Source of the DNA: Candidatus Nealsonbacteria bacterium
GTDB lineage: Bacteria; Patescibacteriota; Minisyncoccia; Minisyncoccales; RBG-13-36-15
Length of the DNA: 64,000 nt
NCBI GenBank assembly: GCA_011050465.1
Contig: DRFQ01000001.1
Location: 114,860-178,859 of the forward strand
Direction: 5' to 3'
Both the position numbers and the translations under genes were made by a program. Below are positions 27,539 to 36,958 of this stretch, one piece after another. Under the pieces are notes generated by a model. That model worked only from the letters and a program-made list of their open reading frames with translations. It was not told where the DNA came from and did not search any database. The first letter of the stretch is position 1. Each line of letters starts with the position of its first letter.

Positions 27539-28459
27539 TCATTTTTGGCATTTAGGACAGAAATGAGCACTTCTTCCTGCCAACTTTATCCGTTTTATTT
27601 TTGTACTACATCTGGGACATTTTTCTCCGTCTTTGCGATAAACTTTCCTAACTTTACCGAAAGATCCTCTTTTTCCCTCAAGGTCTCTAAAATCAGAGAT
27701 CGATGTTCCTCTAAGCTCAACTGCTTTTTTAAGAATTTTCTTAATTGCCTGATAAATTCTTTTTAATTCTGCTAAAGTTAGTCTTGGAGCTTCTTTAAGG
27801 GGACGAATTTTTGCCTCAAACAATATTTCATCAGAATAAATATTGCCAATTCCGGCAATTACTGTCTGATCCATTAAAATTTGTTTAATTTTCCTTTTTT
27901 CTTTCTTTAGGATTTCTTGGAATTTTTGAAAGGTAAAAGACTTCGCCAGGGGTTCTGGCCCCAAGCCTGTGAACTCTTTAGATTCTTTTAATTCTTGGCT
28001 ATTCCATAGTTCAACTTTGGCAAACTTCCTTAAATCAGAAAGGGCAAGCTGTTTAGGAATAGACAGATGATATTTATTGTCTAACCAAAAAATTAGGTGT
28101 AAAAATCGGTTTATAGGATCTTCTAATGGTCCTGGCTTGATTGGTCTCCAAGCTTTAACTTCTCTTTCCCAATCTCCTAAAAGTAAGTGGCCGGTTAATT
28201 TTTGGTGGATTAGAAGGGTTTTGCCCTCCGAAAGCTCAAAGAGAATATTTTTCCCTCTTCTCCAGACTTTTTTAATCTTTTTACCTTTGATCTCTTTCTT
28301 GAATTTCTTAAAACTATCTGGTCTTTTTACTTGTCCACCGAAGCCTTGGCGAAGGTGGATCATTTTCTTCCAGTCGGTCCAAACATCAACAAAGGCCCTA
28401 CCAAGGACCTTTCTGTTTAAATCACGGACAATAGTTTCCACCTCGGGAAGTTCCGGCAT
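27539..28459 (-). CDS. mutM: Formamidopyrimidine-DNA glycosylase (Fpg/MutM; Fpg/Nei family)
   Basis: 306 aa; 'MPELPEVETI' catalytic N-terminus, H2TH region, C-terminal zinc finger 'CPRCSTKI...GRSAHFCPKCQ'. Confidence 0.8.
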   Translation of the reverse strand: MPELPEVETIVRDLNRKVLGRAFVDVWTDWKKMIHLRQGFGGQVKRPDSFKKFKKEIKGKKIKKVWRRGKNILFELSEGKTLLIHQKLTGHLLLGDWEREVKAWRPIKPGPLEDPINRFLHLIFWLDNKYHLSIPKQLALSDLRKFAKVELWNSQELKESKEFTGLGPEPLAKSFTFQKFQEILKKEKRKIKQILMDQTVIAGIGNIYSDEILFEAKIRPLKEAPRLTLAELKRIYQAIKKILKKAVELRGTSISDFRDLEGKRGSFGKVRKVYRKDGEKCPRCSTKIKRIKLAGRSAHFCPKCQK

Positions 28460-28464
28460 CTCTT

Positions 28465-28510
28465 AAATTGCTAAACTGTTAAATTGTCAAATTGTTAAAC
28501 TGGGAATAAT
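28465..28510. promoter_or_regulatory. Array of 8-bp WAAWTGTT direct repeats upstream of mutM
   Basis: cttaaattgctaaactgttaaattgtcaaattgttaaactg: five consecutive units. The same unit recurs at 43330-43410, 49440-49480, 59370-59410 and 18050-18080. Confidence 0.3.
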
Positions 28511-28552
28511 AAAATTTCTTTTATCGACAAAACAATTTAATAATGTGGCCAT

Positions 28553-28921
28553 TTATTTCAGAACGTTTTTAATTTTCTCGATTATCTCCCCCGGAGTAAA
28601 GTGAGCTTTAATTAAGTAATCAATTGCACCTAATTTTAAGCCTCTTTCAACATCTTCTTTTTGACCAAGATTCGAAAGGATAATTACTGGTATCGAAGAC
28701 AAATTAGAATCCTCTCTCATCTTAGACAACACCTCAAACCCATCAATACCCGGCAGAATCAAATCAAGCAAAACCAGATCTGGCTTTTCTTCTTTTATTT
28801 TCTTTATTCCTTGTTCTCCATCAACGGCCTCGGAAACTTTATAATTTTCCTTGATGAGCTTCTGGACGATTAACTCTCTTAGAAATTTATCATCTTCAAT
28901 GACAAGAATTGTTGTAGACAT
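28553..28921 (-). CDS. Single-domain response regulator (CheY-like receiver)
   Basis: 122 aa; 'ILVIEDD', phospho-acceptor 'LVLLDLILPGIDG', 'AIDYLIK'. Confidence 0.8.
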   Translation of the reverse strand: MSTTILVIEDDKFLRELIVQKLIKENYKVSEAVDGEQGIKKIKEEKPDLVLLDLILPGIDGFEVLSKMREDSNLSSIPVIILSNLGQKEDVERGLKLGAIDYLIKAHFTPGEIIEKIKNVLK

Positions 28922-28924
28922 AAA

Positions 28925-29040
28925 ATAAGATAATCCGAATCTACGAATGATAATCCAAATGCTACGAATATTCGGATGGGCGCATTCGGATACCCCGAGC
29001 CTTAGCGAAAGTAAAGGCGAGGGTTGCGCTATTCGGATGC
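28925..29040. repeat. Intergenic cluster of ATTCGGAT/ATCCGAAT and CTACGAAT motifs
   Basis: taatccgaatctacgaatgataatccaaatgctacgaatattcggatgggcgcattcggatacc...ctattcggatgc; related to the TACGAAT repeat at 58664-58724. Confidence 0.3.
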
Positions 29041-29041
29041 T

Positions 29042-29428
29042 TTATTTACCAATCTGTTTTATTACTTTGTCAATCACTTCTTGGGGATCAAACTCGGTTT
29101 TAATCAACCAATCTTTAGCTCCCAATCTTTTTGCTCGATCAAGTTCTACTGGTTGACCAGAATTAGAAATAACAATAATCGGAATTTTTTTTAATTCTTC
29201 ATCTTCGCTCATTGTCTCCATCACTTCAAACCCCCCCATTTTTGGCATAATGATATCAAGCAAAACTAGATCAGGTTTTACTTCTTTTATTTTTTTTAGG
29301 CCCTCAACTCCGTCCCTGGCCACCGCAACCTCATAGCCTTCCCGAATAAGTCTTTTTTCTAAAAGTTCGATCATTAATTGTTCGTCTTCAATTAGTAATA
29401 TTTTTTTTGCCATAAAATCAATGAACAA
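29042..29428 (-). CDS. Single-domain response regulator (second CheY-like receiver)
   Basis: 128 aa; 'ILLIEDEQ', 'LVLLDIIMPKMGG', 'AKDWLIK'. Confidence 0.8.
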   Translation of the reverse strand: MFIDFMAKKILLIEDEQLMIELLEKRLIREGYEVAVARDGVEGLKKIKEVKPDLVLLDIIMPKMGGFEVMETMSEDEELKKIPIIVISNSGQPVELDRAKRLGAKDWLIKTEFDPQEVIDKVIKQIGK

Positions 29429-29568
29429 TGAACAGCAAACAGAGAGTAGTCTTTTTATTTAAGGCACTATCTTGTTCTTTGTTCTTTTATTCTTTGTTTT
29501 TTATTCTACTTCTATTATATCTTTACCTTAAAAACTTTTCAAGCCCTCCCACCGAGCACATAATAAAA

Positions 29569-31209
29569 TTATGTGCTTCGGTTGGAAGAGTGAGTCTTTA
29601 CTATTGGTAGAGTAAAACGGAAAGTAGAGCCTCTTCCTTCTTTTGATTCAAACCAAATAGTACCGCCGTGAGCTTCAATAATGTTTTTGGCTATAAACAA
29701 ACCAAGACCAGATCCCTCGGTTTCCATTCTTATCACATTAGCTCCTCGAAAGAATTTAGTAAAAATCCTATCTTGTTGATCTTTGGGAATACCAACCCCG
29801 GTATCTTTAACCGAAAACTCTATTTCTTTTTTACCACATTTCAAGGTAACTGTCACTTGACCTCCTGGAAAAGTGTATTTAAGGGCATTATCAATAAAAT
29901 TTTCAATAGCTAGCCCTATCTTTTCTTTATCGATCTTTACTTTCGACAATCTCGTTTTGGGTTTTTTAAAGGTAAAAGTAATTTTTTTTCGCTTCATCTC
30001 TTCTCGGTAAGACTTTATTATCGGGTTAATTACATCTTCGATCTGAGCCAAAGCAGGTTTAAAAAGATATCTTCCTTCTTCGATCCGAGTTACGTTTAAA
30101 AGATCATTAATTAAATGAATCATTCTTTCGTTGGACTGATAAGTTTTTTGGAGGAAATCTTCTTGTTCCCGGGTAATTTCCCCGAGATCTCCGTCAAGAA
30201 TCATCCTTAGGGTCCATTTGATCGCTGAAAGCGGAGTTCTTAGCTGGTGGGCAGCCAAAGAAACAAATTCTGTCTTCATTTGTTCAATGAATTTTTCTCG
30301 ACTGATATCGTGTAAGATAACCGACGTCCCAATCCTTGCTTTATTTCTTAAGATAGAGAAAGTAGAAACTTCTAGAACCAGGTTTTTCCTAAGATTAAAT
30401 TCTCGCCTAAAGATACTCTTAATTCCTTTGTCTATTATGCTTTTGTCAGAAGGGCTGTTATTCAGAAGTTGGAATAGAGAGTTTAAATTTGATATCTTAG
30501 TCAAGTCAGCAAATGACTGGCCTACTATTTCTCCTGCCTTTACTTTAAAGAAAGTTTCTACCTGAGGATTAGCCAAAATTAGAATATTTTCTTTATCAAA
30601 GACCAAAAGACCATCAACGAAATTAGTAATTATAGCCTGGGTTTTACTTCTTTCTTCTTCAGCCTTTATTCTTGCCTCCTCAACGTCTTCCAACATATTA
30701 ATTAAAGCTCTTCTTGTATCCTCTAGCTCTTTTGTTCTTTTCTCTAATGCCTTCGTTCTTTCTTGAACTCTTTCTTCTAATTCTGTCTGAAGTTTTTTAA
30801 GTCCACCAATACCAGAGAAAGTTAAAAAATATCCGACTATCTTACCTTTTTCATCCTTTCGAGGAGAAGCAGAAAACAAAGCCTCTATTCTTTCTTTATT
30901 CTTAGCCACCAGTATCATCTCTTTATTTTTAGTTATTTTTTGTTTTAGAGTCTTTTCTCTAAGAACTGAAGCTTCTTTTTTGTTCGAAAATAGGATATCT
31001 ACCTCTCCCCCCACTATCTCGGTCTTACTATATCCAGTAAAATCAGAGAAAGCTCTATTGATACTAATAATAATGCCTAGGGGATTAACTATACAAAAGG
31101 GCAAAGGCAAAAATGCCAAAAAACCTTCGATATATCTCTCGAGTTCTTTAATCTCTTGTCTGGCTCTCTCCAGTTCTTCTGTTTCGTTTTTATATTTATT
31201 GTTTCCCAT
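29569..31209 (-). CDS. Cytoplasmic PAS-domain sensor histidine kinase
   Basis: 546 aa; two PAS-like segments, signalling-helix 'ALINMLEDVEEAR', H-box 'SLAAHQLRTPLSAI', HATPase 'DTGVGIP...GSGLGL'. Confidence 0.8.
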   Translation of the reverse strand: MGNNKYKNETEELERARQEIKELERYIEGFLAFLPLPFCIVNPLGIIISINRAFSDFTGYSKTEIVGGEVDILFSNKKEASVLREKTLKQKITKNKEMILVAKNKERIEALFSASPRKDEKGKIVGYFLTFSGIGGLKKLQTELEERVQERTKALEKRTKELEDTRRALINMLEDVEEARIKAEEERSKTQAIITNFVDGLLVFDKENILILANPQVETFFKVKAGEIVGQSFADLTKISNLNSLFQLLNNSPSDKSIIDKGIKSIFRREFNLRKNLVLEVSTFSILRNKARIGTSVILHDISREKFIEQMKTEFVSLAAHQLRTPLSAIKWTLRMILDGDLGEITREQEDFLQKTYQSNERMIHLINDLLNVTRIEEGRYLFKPALAQIEDVINPIIKSYREEMKRKKITFTFKKPKTRLSKVKIDKEKIGLAIENFIDNALKYTFPGGQVTVTLKCGKKEIEFSVKDTGVGIPKDQQDRIFTKFFRGANVIRMETEGSGLGLFIAKNIIEAHGGTIWFESKEGRGSTFRFTLPIVKTHSSNRST

Positions 31210-31812
31210 TTATTCCCAACGGATTATGAATTCATGAAAAGAATCCCCTTGAAAATTACATTTTACTTCTTGACACCAGATTTTTTTAACTCCTCTAAGC
31301 ACGAATCCAGAAATTGTCTCAAAATAACCCTCTAAATAACGGCAAAAAAATGGATGGATGTTGAAATCCTTTATTCTTAGAATGCCGTATTTTTCTTTTT
31401 GATTAAGCTCTATGGTTTCTAATTTACCAAAGTTATAGGTCTTTTTCCAAAAAATTGTTGCCGCCTGATAAAGTCGCTTGATGGAAATGATATATTTCGC
31501 TAAATATTTTACCAAAAAAGACATTTTTGGCTCAACTTGCCCCATTTCTTTCATTTCTTTCTCACCCCAGTTCAACGTTTCGGAAATAGCAAAAAGCAAA
31601 GCAGCGGTAAGAGCAACCGGGTACCATCCCAAAGCTCTAATCTCTTTTAAAATTACTGGATAACCATACTGGGCCAATTTTTCTTCAATTTTAGAAACAG
31701 CTTCTTTACCTTCTTTTTTTTCAATATATTCAGCGATCGCTTTAATGCCGTTTCCTCTTTCTTGATATTTTGTTTTGGAAAGGCGATCAATAGTCTCTTT
31801 GAAATTTTCCAT
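31210..31812 (-). CDS. V4R/DUF2378-like putative ligand-binding protein (paralogue of 33493-34089)
   Basis: About 200 aa from the internal ATG at 31812 (MENFKETIDRL...), which aligns with the paralogue N-terminus and removes the overlap with the next gene. Shared 'FLVK(Y/F)', 'C.YLEG(Y/F).E' and C-terminal 'D(S/P).HE(F/Y)...W(E/K)'. Family assignment is tentative. Confidence 0.3.
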   Translation of the reverse strand: MENFKETIDRLSKTKYQERGNGIKAIAEYIEKKEGKEAVSKIEEKLAQYGYPVILKEIRALGWYPVALTAALLFAISETLNWGEKEMKEMGQVEPKMSFLVKYLAKYIISIKRLYQAATIFWKKTYNFGKLETIELNQKEKYGILRIKDFNIHPFFCRYLEGYFETISGFVLRGVKKIWCQEVKCNFQGDSFHEFIIRWE

Positions 31813-31819
31813 ATTTTTT

Positions 31820-32554
31820 TTATAAGTAGTTTTTATTTTTGTTATCCAAAGAGGTCTTTTGTTTGCCTGGCTCATCTTGTAGCTTCTTAATCTCTTCTTT
31901 AAGCTCTACCATTCGTAACTCTCTGCCTACAGCTAACTTATTAAACTTCTCCAATTCTTCTATTCTTTCGTGAAGAGCTAACCTCGCCTCCTCAACGTCT
32001 TCTAAAATATTCAAGGTCGCTAAACGATTTTCTTCTATTTCTTTCCTGGAATGCTCAAGGTCTCTTATTTTTTTAGATAGCTCTGAAGTTTTTTCTTCAA
32101 TTTCTTCTTCTTTAATTTTTAATTGCAACTGAGTTTCTTTTAAATTTTCAACGATTTTATTTAAAAGATAGGTAATTTCTCCTATTTCATTCCTGTCTTT
32201 TATCTTAATTTTAAAATTAAGGTCACCAGCTAAAATTTTTTTGAGGCCTGTAGAAATTTTTCCTAATCTTCTCGAGAAACGCCAAGAAATTAAGGTTCCT
32301 AGAAACAAAGCTAAAACGAGAGTTAGAACTAAAATTAATCTGGTCTGAAATTCGATATCTGTCATAATTAAGGGAAGTTTTCGAAGGGTCTCTTCAGGAG
32401 GATAAGGTAAAAAAACTTTGGCCAGGAAAGCCGAATAGCTAAGAATGATTATTGGTAGTCCTAAAAAAAGGAGAGGAATTAATATCTTTATAAAAATTCC
32501 TGTTTTCCTTTGAAAGATATTCTCCTTGTTTGGGTTTCTTTTAATTTTTCGCAT
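31820..32554 (-). CDS. Membrane sensor (2 TM + HAMP-like + coiled coil) ending in a 'VGRELKM' tail; no kinase domain
   Basis: 244 aa; TM helices, 'RLATLNILEDVEEARLAL' signalling helix (same motif as the HK), C-terminal 'FNKLAVGRELRMVELKEEIKKL'. Confidence 0.5.
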   Translation of the reverse strand: MRKIKRNPNKENIFQRKTGIFIKILIPLLFLGLPIIILSYSAFLAKVFLPYPPEETLRKLPLIMTDIEFQTRLILVLTLVLALFLGTLISWRFSRRLGKISTGLKKILAGDLNFKIKIKDRNEIGEITYLLNKIVENLKETQLQLKIKEEEIEEKTSELSKKIRDLEHSRKEIEENRLATLNILEDVEEARLALHERIEELEKFNKLAVGRELRMVELKEEIKKLQDEPGKQKTSLDNKNKNYL

Positions 32555-32560
32555 AATTTT

Positions 32561-32680
32561 TTAAGGCTTCAATTGCCCTTGAAGAACATTCAATTCATTT
32601 TGGAGTTCTTCTGGCTTTTCCTCGCGACCTAAAGCCATCTTTTTGAACCTTTCCAATTCTTCTGCCCTTTCCCGAAGGAT
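32561..32680 (-). pseudogene. Remnant of a VGRELKM-tail gene (tail only)
   Basis: Minus-strand frame bounded by stops translates 'ILRERAEELERFKKMALGREEKPEELQNELNVLQGQLKP', homologous to the C-terminal tails of the four intact family members. Confidence 0.45.
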
Positions 32681-32980
32681 TCATTGATTACTGTCTGTGG
32701 CTTCTTAATCTTAACCCTATTTATTAAAAGATCGATAGGAATAGAAGATAAAAGGAGGTTAGGAAAAACAAGATATCTGGCAAGGGAATTTTGGGGGCCA
32801 TTCTCAAAATAAATATTAAGAAAAGAAGGAAACTAGCTATAGGAAATCTTTGATTGATATCTACTTTAAGTCTTGGTAAAAATTCACTGGCTTCAATAAT
32901 AATATTTTTTCCATATTTATATTACTCAAATTATGAAAACAGGTTGGAGACTATAATATTTATCTTTTGCTCTGGATTTC

Positions 32981-33502
32981 TTATTTAAGTCTAGCTATTT
33001 CTTTTTTAAGCTCAATCATTTTTAACTCTCTGCCGGTGGCTAGTTGATTAAGCTTTTCCAATGCTTTAACCTTCTTTTGAAGCTCTTTTTCTTTCTCTTT
33101 AATTTCGGTCATATCTATAAAAGCGAAGAAATAACCAGTAATTATTCCTTTTTCATCTTCTCTCGTTTTTGCCGAAAGGTTAACTAAAATTTCTTTCTTT
33201 TCTTTTGTTAAAAAAATTGTCTCTTTGCCAAAAATAGTTTTCTTTATGTTGAGCTCTTTTTTAATTCCTTTGAAATATTTTAAGAAATCTTTTAAATGTT
33301 CCCCAATAATCTCAATTTCCTTATAGCCGGATACCTCCTTGAAAGCTTTACTTATATTCACAATGTTAAAAACTGGATTTGTTAAGCATACTGGAATCGG
33401 TAAAAAATGCCAAAGATCCTCGGTGTGAGTCTCAAGTTTCCCCAGGTTTTCTATTAACAAATTGATGTCTTTTTTCTGATAATCTTTATTCCTCATTTCC
33501 AT
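32981..33502 (-). CDS. PAS-domain protein with 'VGRELKM' coiled-coil tail
   Basis: 173 aa; PAS segment 'FLPIPVCLTNPVFNIVNISKAFKEVSGYKEIEIIG' parallels the HK PAS; C-terminal 'LNQLATGRELKMIELKKEIARLK'. Confidence 0.6.
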   Translation of the reverse strand: MEMRNKDYQKKDINLLIENLGKLETHTEDLWHFLPIPVCLTNPVFNIVNISKAFKEVSGYKEIEIIGEHLKDFLKYFKGIKKELNIKKTIFGKETIFLTKEKKEILVNLSAKTREDEKGIITGYFFAFIDMTEIKEKEKELQKKVKALEKLNQLATGRELKMIELKKEIARLK

Positions 33503-34089
33503 TGGGAAGTGTATTCGTGAGAAGGGTCACCTCTAAACATACACTTTGTTTCTTTAGTAACTACTCCTTGTTCTACGAATAGAAGAACTCTTTCAATAAA
33601 TCCTTCAAGGTATATACAAAAAATAGGGTCAATCTTAAAATCCTTTAAATGAAGGGCCATTTCTTTGTTTTCTTCATCAAATTTCAGCACTTCCATTTCT
33701 CCTATTGTATAATGTTCTTTCCAGTCTGAAGGGATTTCTTTGACTAATTTTTTTAATGGAGCAAAAAGCTTGAAGATAAATTTTACTAGAAAAGAAAATT
33801 TAGGAGCTCTCTTGCCTATTTCTCTTATCTCTGAATCTGTCCAGTCGAAGGTATCTTTAATAAGTAAAAGCGAAATTATTCTTAAACCGACCGGGTGCCA
33901 ATCTGTTGCTTTTCCCGACCTATAATCTATGTCATAACCTAAATCCTTAACCCGCTTTTCTAGTTTCTGAAGACCCTCTTCGCCTTCTTTTGCTAAAACA
34001 TTTTTAGCATCAGTTTGGAAAACTGCACCTCTGACTTTACCCTTAATTTCTATTAATTTATCTAATTTTTCTTTTGTTATTTTTTCCAT
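33493..34089 (-). CDS. V4R/DUF2378-like putative ligand-binding protein (paralogue of 31210-31812)
   Basis: 198 aa; paralogous blocks as above. Confidence 0.3.
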   Translation of the reverse strand: MEKITKEKLDKLIEIKGKVRGAVFQTDAKNVLAKEGEEGLQKLEKRVKDLGYDIDYRSGKATDWHPVGLRIISLLLIKDTFDWTDSEIREIGKRAPKFSFLVKFIFKLFAPLKKLVKEIPSDWKEHYTIGEMEVLKFDEENKEMALHLKDFKIDPIFCIYLEGFIERVLLFVEQGVVTKETKCMFRGDPSHEYTSQWK

Positions 34090-34130
34090 GGTTTTAATTT
34101 TTAAAAGTTTTTAATTTTCTCGACCTTTAC

Positions 34131-34207
34131 CCCCCCCACACCAAACGAGGACTGGATTTGGTCAATTTAGGCGCCTTCGGCGCCGTATCCTCGTTTGGTG
34201 TAGGGGT
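34131..34207. repeat. Palindromic element CCCCCCCACACCAAACGAGGA ... TCCTCGTTTGGTGTAGGGG (intergenic copy)
   Basis: 19-bp terminal inverted repeat enclosing the ggcgccttcggcgcc hairpin; same family as the in-frame insert in elp3 (15680-15747). Confidence 0.45.
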
Positions 34208-34225
34208 TTTCCAAACAGATATTTT

Positions 34226-35101
34226 TTATCTGCTCGATGATTTTTTAAGAGCTTTTTCTAATTTCTCAATTTCTTTTTTAAGCGCTCTCATTTTTAGCTC
34301 CCGGCCAACAGCTACTTTGCGGAATCTCTCCAGTTCCACTATCCTTTTTGTCAATTCCTTTCTTCCACCCTCTAACTCCCTTGTCCTTTCTCTAACTTTC
34401 TCTTCCAGGCTTTCTCTTTCCTCCGAAAGCTCCTCTGTCCTAGCCCTCACCCGAATTTCTAAAGAAGCCCTTTCTTCTTTGAGCATCTCTTTTGTTTTTT
34501 GTAGTACCTTAATTTTCTCTTGTAAAAATTTATAAAAAGTATCGCCGTAATAACCAAAAAGCCAGAAGAAAATAATAGCCGCTATCCAAGCGGAAAATGC
34601 ATAAGGGAAATTTTGAGGAATCCTTTCTTCTAAAGAAAAACTGGATTGGAGAGGCAAAATTTCTAAATATTGAACAATGACCAATGCGGTATATAAAAAA
34701 GAGCAATAGAAAATAAAAAAAAGTGAGTAAATTCTGGGAAAGAGTAAAAAGCCAGTATAGATATAAAGACCATAAAAAATAAACCCAAGCCAGGTTATTC
34801 CGCCAACAAGATAAATAACTATAGATAAAATAATTACATCAAAAAGCAGGTAACCAAAATAACCATTAACAATTTGAGAGCTTTTAGGTTCTTTAATCTG
34901 CCTAAAGAGAAAGTCATAAATAATTGTTGAGATAAGCATAAACGAAATAAGAAAAAATAATAAGTTAGGGGAGGAAACGTTAAAAGAAACTTTTAAAATA
35001 AAAGCGGCGAAAAGAAAAGCAGTCATTGCCGGAAACCTAATATTTATCAACTGATCGTATCTTCGTAAAGCCTCCTCTTTTTCAATGAAAAATTGGGCCA
35101 T
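34226..35101 (-). CDS. Polytopic membrane sensor (about 6 TM) with coiled coil and 'VGRELKM' tail
   Basis: 291 aa; 'EERASLEIRVRARTEEL' signalling-helix motif; C-terminal 'FRKVAVGRELKMRALKKEIEKL'. Confidence 0.55.
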   Translation of the reverse strand: MAQFFIEKEEALRRYDQLINIRFPAMTAFLFAAFILKVSFNVSSPNLLFFLISFMLISTIIYDFLFRQIKEPKSSQIVNGYFGYLLFDVIILSIVIYLVGGITWLGFIFYGLYIYTGFLLFPRIYSLFFIFYCSFLYTALVIVQYLEILPLQSSFSLEERIPQNFPYAFSAWIAAIIFFWLFGYYGDTFYKFLQEKIKVLQKTKEMLKEERASLEIRVRARTEELSEERESLEEKVRERTRELEGGRKELTKRIVELERFRKVAVGRELKMRALKKEIEKLEKALKKSSSR

Positions 35102-35115
35102 GTTTTAATTTATTT

Positions 35116-35976
35116 TTACTTTTTTCTTTTTTTAAGTCTTTCGATTTCTCTTTTTAACTGAGTCATCTTTAATTCTCTGCCAACCGTTAGCTTGTGAAAC
35201 TCTTCTAATTCTCCAACCCTCTTTGTTAGTTTTTCTCTTCCTCTTTGTAACTCCCTTGTCCTTTCTTTAACTTTCTTTTCAAGGCTTTTTCTTTCTTCCC
35301 AGAGCTCTTTTGTCCTGGCCCCGACCCGAATTTCTAGAGATGCCCTTTCTTCTTCGAGTATTTTTTGGGTTTTTTGGAGTCCTTCAATTTTTTTCTGCAA
35401 CATTTTATAAAAGACATCGCCGTAAAGACCCAAAATCAAGAGAAAAATGACAGCCACCGCCCAAGAAGCTACTACATAATTCAAATTTTGAGGAACCATT
35501 TCTTCTGAGGAAAAAATGTATCGATAAGGTAAAATTTCTAAATATTGAACAATGACCAATGTGGTATATAAAAAAGAGCAATAGAAAGTATAAGAAATAG
35601 AGTAAATCCTGGGAAAGAGTAAAAAACCAAAATAAATATAAAGACCATAATAGATAAAGCCGGTCCAGGTTACTCCGCCAATAATATAAATAATTATGGT
35701 TAAAGTAATTGTATCGAAAAGCAGGTAACCAAAATAACCACGAATGATCTGAGAGGTTTTAGGTTCTTTAATCTGCCGAAAGAGAAGGTCGTAAACAATT
35801 GTTGAGATGGCTATAAGGCAAATAAAGAAAAATACAGGATCTGGAAAATGAATCTTGAAAAATATTTTTAAAATAAGGACAAGGAGAAGGTAAGCACTGA
35901 CTGCCAAAAGTTTAATATTTATCAGTTGATTGTATCTTATCAGGGTTTCTTCTTTTTTAATGAAAGTTTCTGCCAT
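35116..35976 (-). CDS. Paralogue of 34226-35101 (polytopic membrane sensor with 'VGRELKM' tail)
   Basis: 286 aa; near-identical TM core 'LFRQIKEPK(S/T)SQI(V/I)(N/R)GYFGYLLFD', C-terminal 'FHKLTVGRELKMTQLKREIERLK'. Confidence 0.55.
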   Translation of the reverse strand: MAETFIKKEETLIRYNQLINIKLLAVSAYLLLVLILKIFFKIHFPDPVFFFICLIAISTIVYDLLFRQIKEPKTSQIIRGYFGYLLFDTITLTIIIYIIGGVTWTGFIYYGLYIYFGFLLFPRIYSISYTFYCSFLYTTLVIVQYLEILPYRYIFSSEEMVPQNLNYVVASWAVAVIFLLILGLYGDVFYKMLQKKIEGLQKTQKILEEERASLEIRVGARTKELWEERKSLEKKVKERTRELQRGREKLTKRVGELEEFHKLTVGRELKMTQLKREIERLKKRKK

Positions 35977-36055
35977 TTTTATTTTTTTTAACTTTCGAGT
36001 TTTAAAACTTTAAAGAATGGAGGTTGACTTTATTTTAACAGAAATAAAGAAATTC

Positions 36056-36955
36056 TTAAGGCAGACGGCTAACTAAGCTGAAAAATTCAAGGTTCTTAAG
36101 AAGTTGAGATGTTTTCTCTTTATCATATTTACTCCAGATATATTTCTCTAAATTAAAATCAATTTCAACATTTCTGTCAATTGTGGCTAACATTTTTGAC
36201 AAAAATACTTGCTCTTTTGATTGAATTAATATTTCTCTGATTCTGACTTTCAGTTTCTTTGCTTTTTCTGTCTTTAATTCTAGCTCTTTATAAAGGCTTT
36301 CTATTGTGCCAAACTTTGTCAGGAGTTCAATGGCTGTTTTTTCTCCAATTCCTGGCGCTCCCGGAATATTGTCTGAAGGATCTCCTCTTAAAGCTTTATA
36401 ATCAGAAAGTTGGTCTGGCCTTAACCCTTGATATCTTGTGCCAACTGCCCCCTCATCATACAAGACAATATCTTTCACTCCTTTTCTTAAAAACCAAACT
36501 TTAGTTTGAGGGTTAATTAATTGTAGAACATCTAAATCGCCGCTCAAAATAATAGTGTTTATCTTTGGTAAAGCTTGTTTTTTGGGAATAAGACGAGCAA
36601 TAGTTCCAATAAGGTCATCTGCTTCGTATCCTTCTTTTTCAAAAATAGCAACATTAAAACTCTTTAAAATTTCTTTAATCCTGGGAATTTGCAGGTAGAA
36701 TTCTTCTGGGGTTTTGGGTCGAGTGGCTTTATAAGCCTCAAATTTTTTGTGGCGAAAAGTTGGGCCTGGCAAATCAAAGGTAGCAACAATATAATCCGGC
36801 TGGAGTTCTTTTATGGCTTTAAAAAAAACCAACAGAAATCCATAGACAGCTGAAACTAACTCTCCTTTTTTAGTAGTAAGGGGGGGTAAAGCATGATAGG
36901 CCCGATGCAAAATAGCATGACCATCGATTATAATAAAGCGCTTTTCATCTTTCAT
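36056..36955 (-). CDS. 5'-3' exonuclease (Pol I N-terminal / FEN-like domain protein)
   Basis: 299 aa; 'IIIDGHAILHRAYHAL', 'ATFD', 'EGYEADDLIGT', H3TH region. Confidence 0.8.
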   Translation of the reverse strand: MKDEKRFIIIDGHAILHRAYHALPPLTTKKGELVSAVYGFLLVFFKAIKELQPDYIVATFDLPGPTFRHKKFEAYKATRPKTPEEFYLQIPRIKEILKSFNVAIFEKEGYEADDLIGTIARLIPKKQALPKINTIILSGDLDVLQLINPQTKVWFLRKGVKDIVLYDEGAVGTRYQGLRPDQLSDYKALRGDPSDNIPGAPGIGEKTAIELLTKFGTIESLYKELELKTEKAKKLKVRIREILIQSKEQVFLSKMLATIDRNVEIDFNLEKYIWSKYDKEKTSQLLKNLEFFSLVSRLP

Positions 36956-36958
36956 CGT

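Noticed and set aside
28465-28510. CRISPR array
   Set aside because: Repeats are 8 bp, contiguous, with no spacers. No cas genes in the window.
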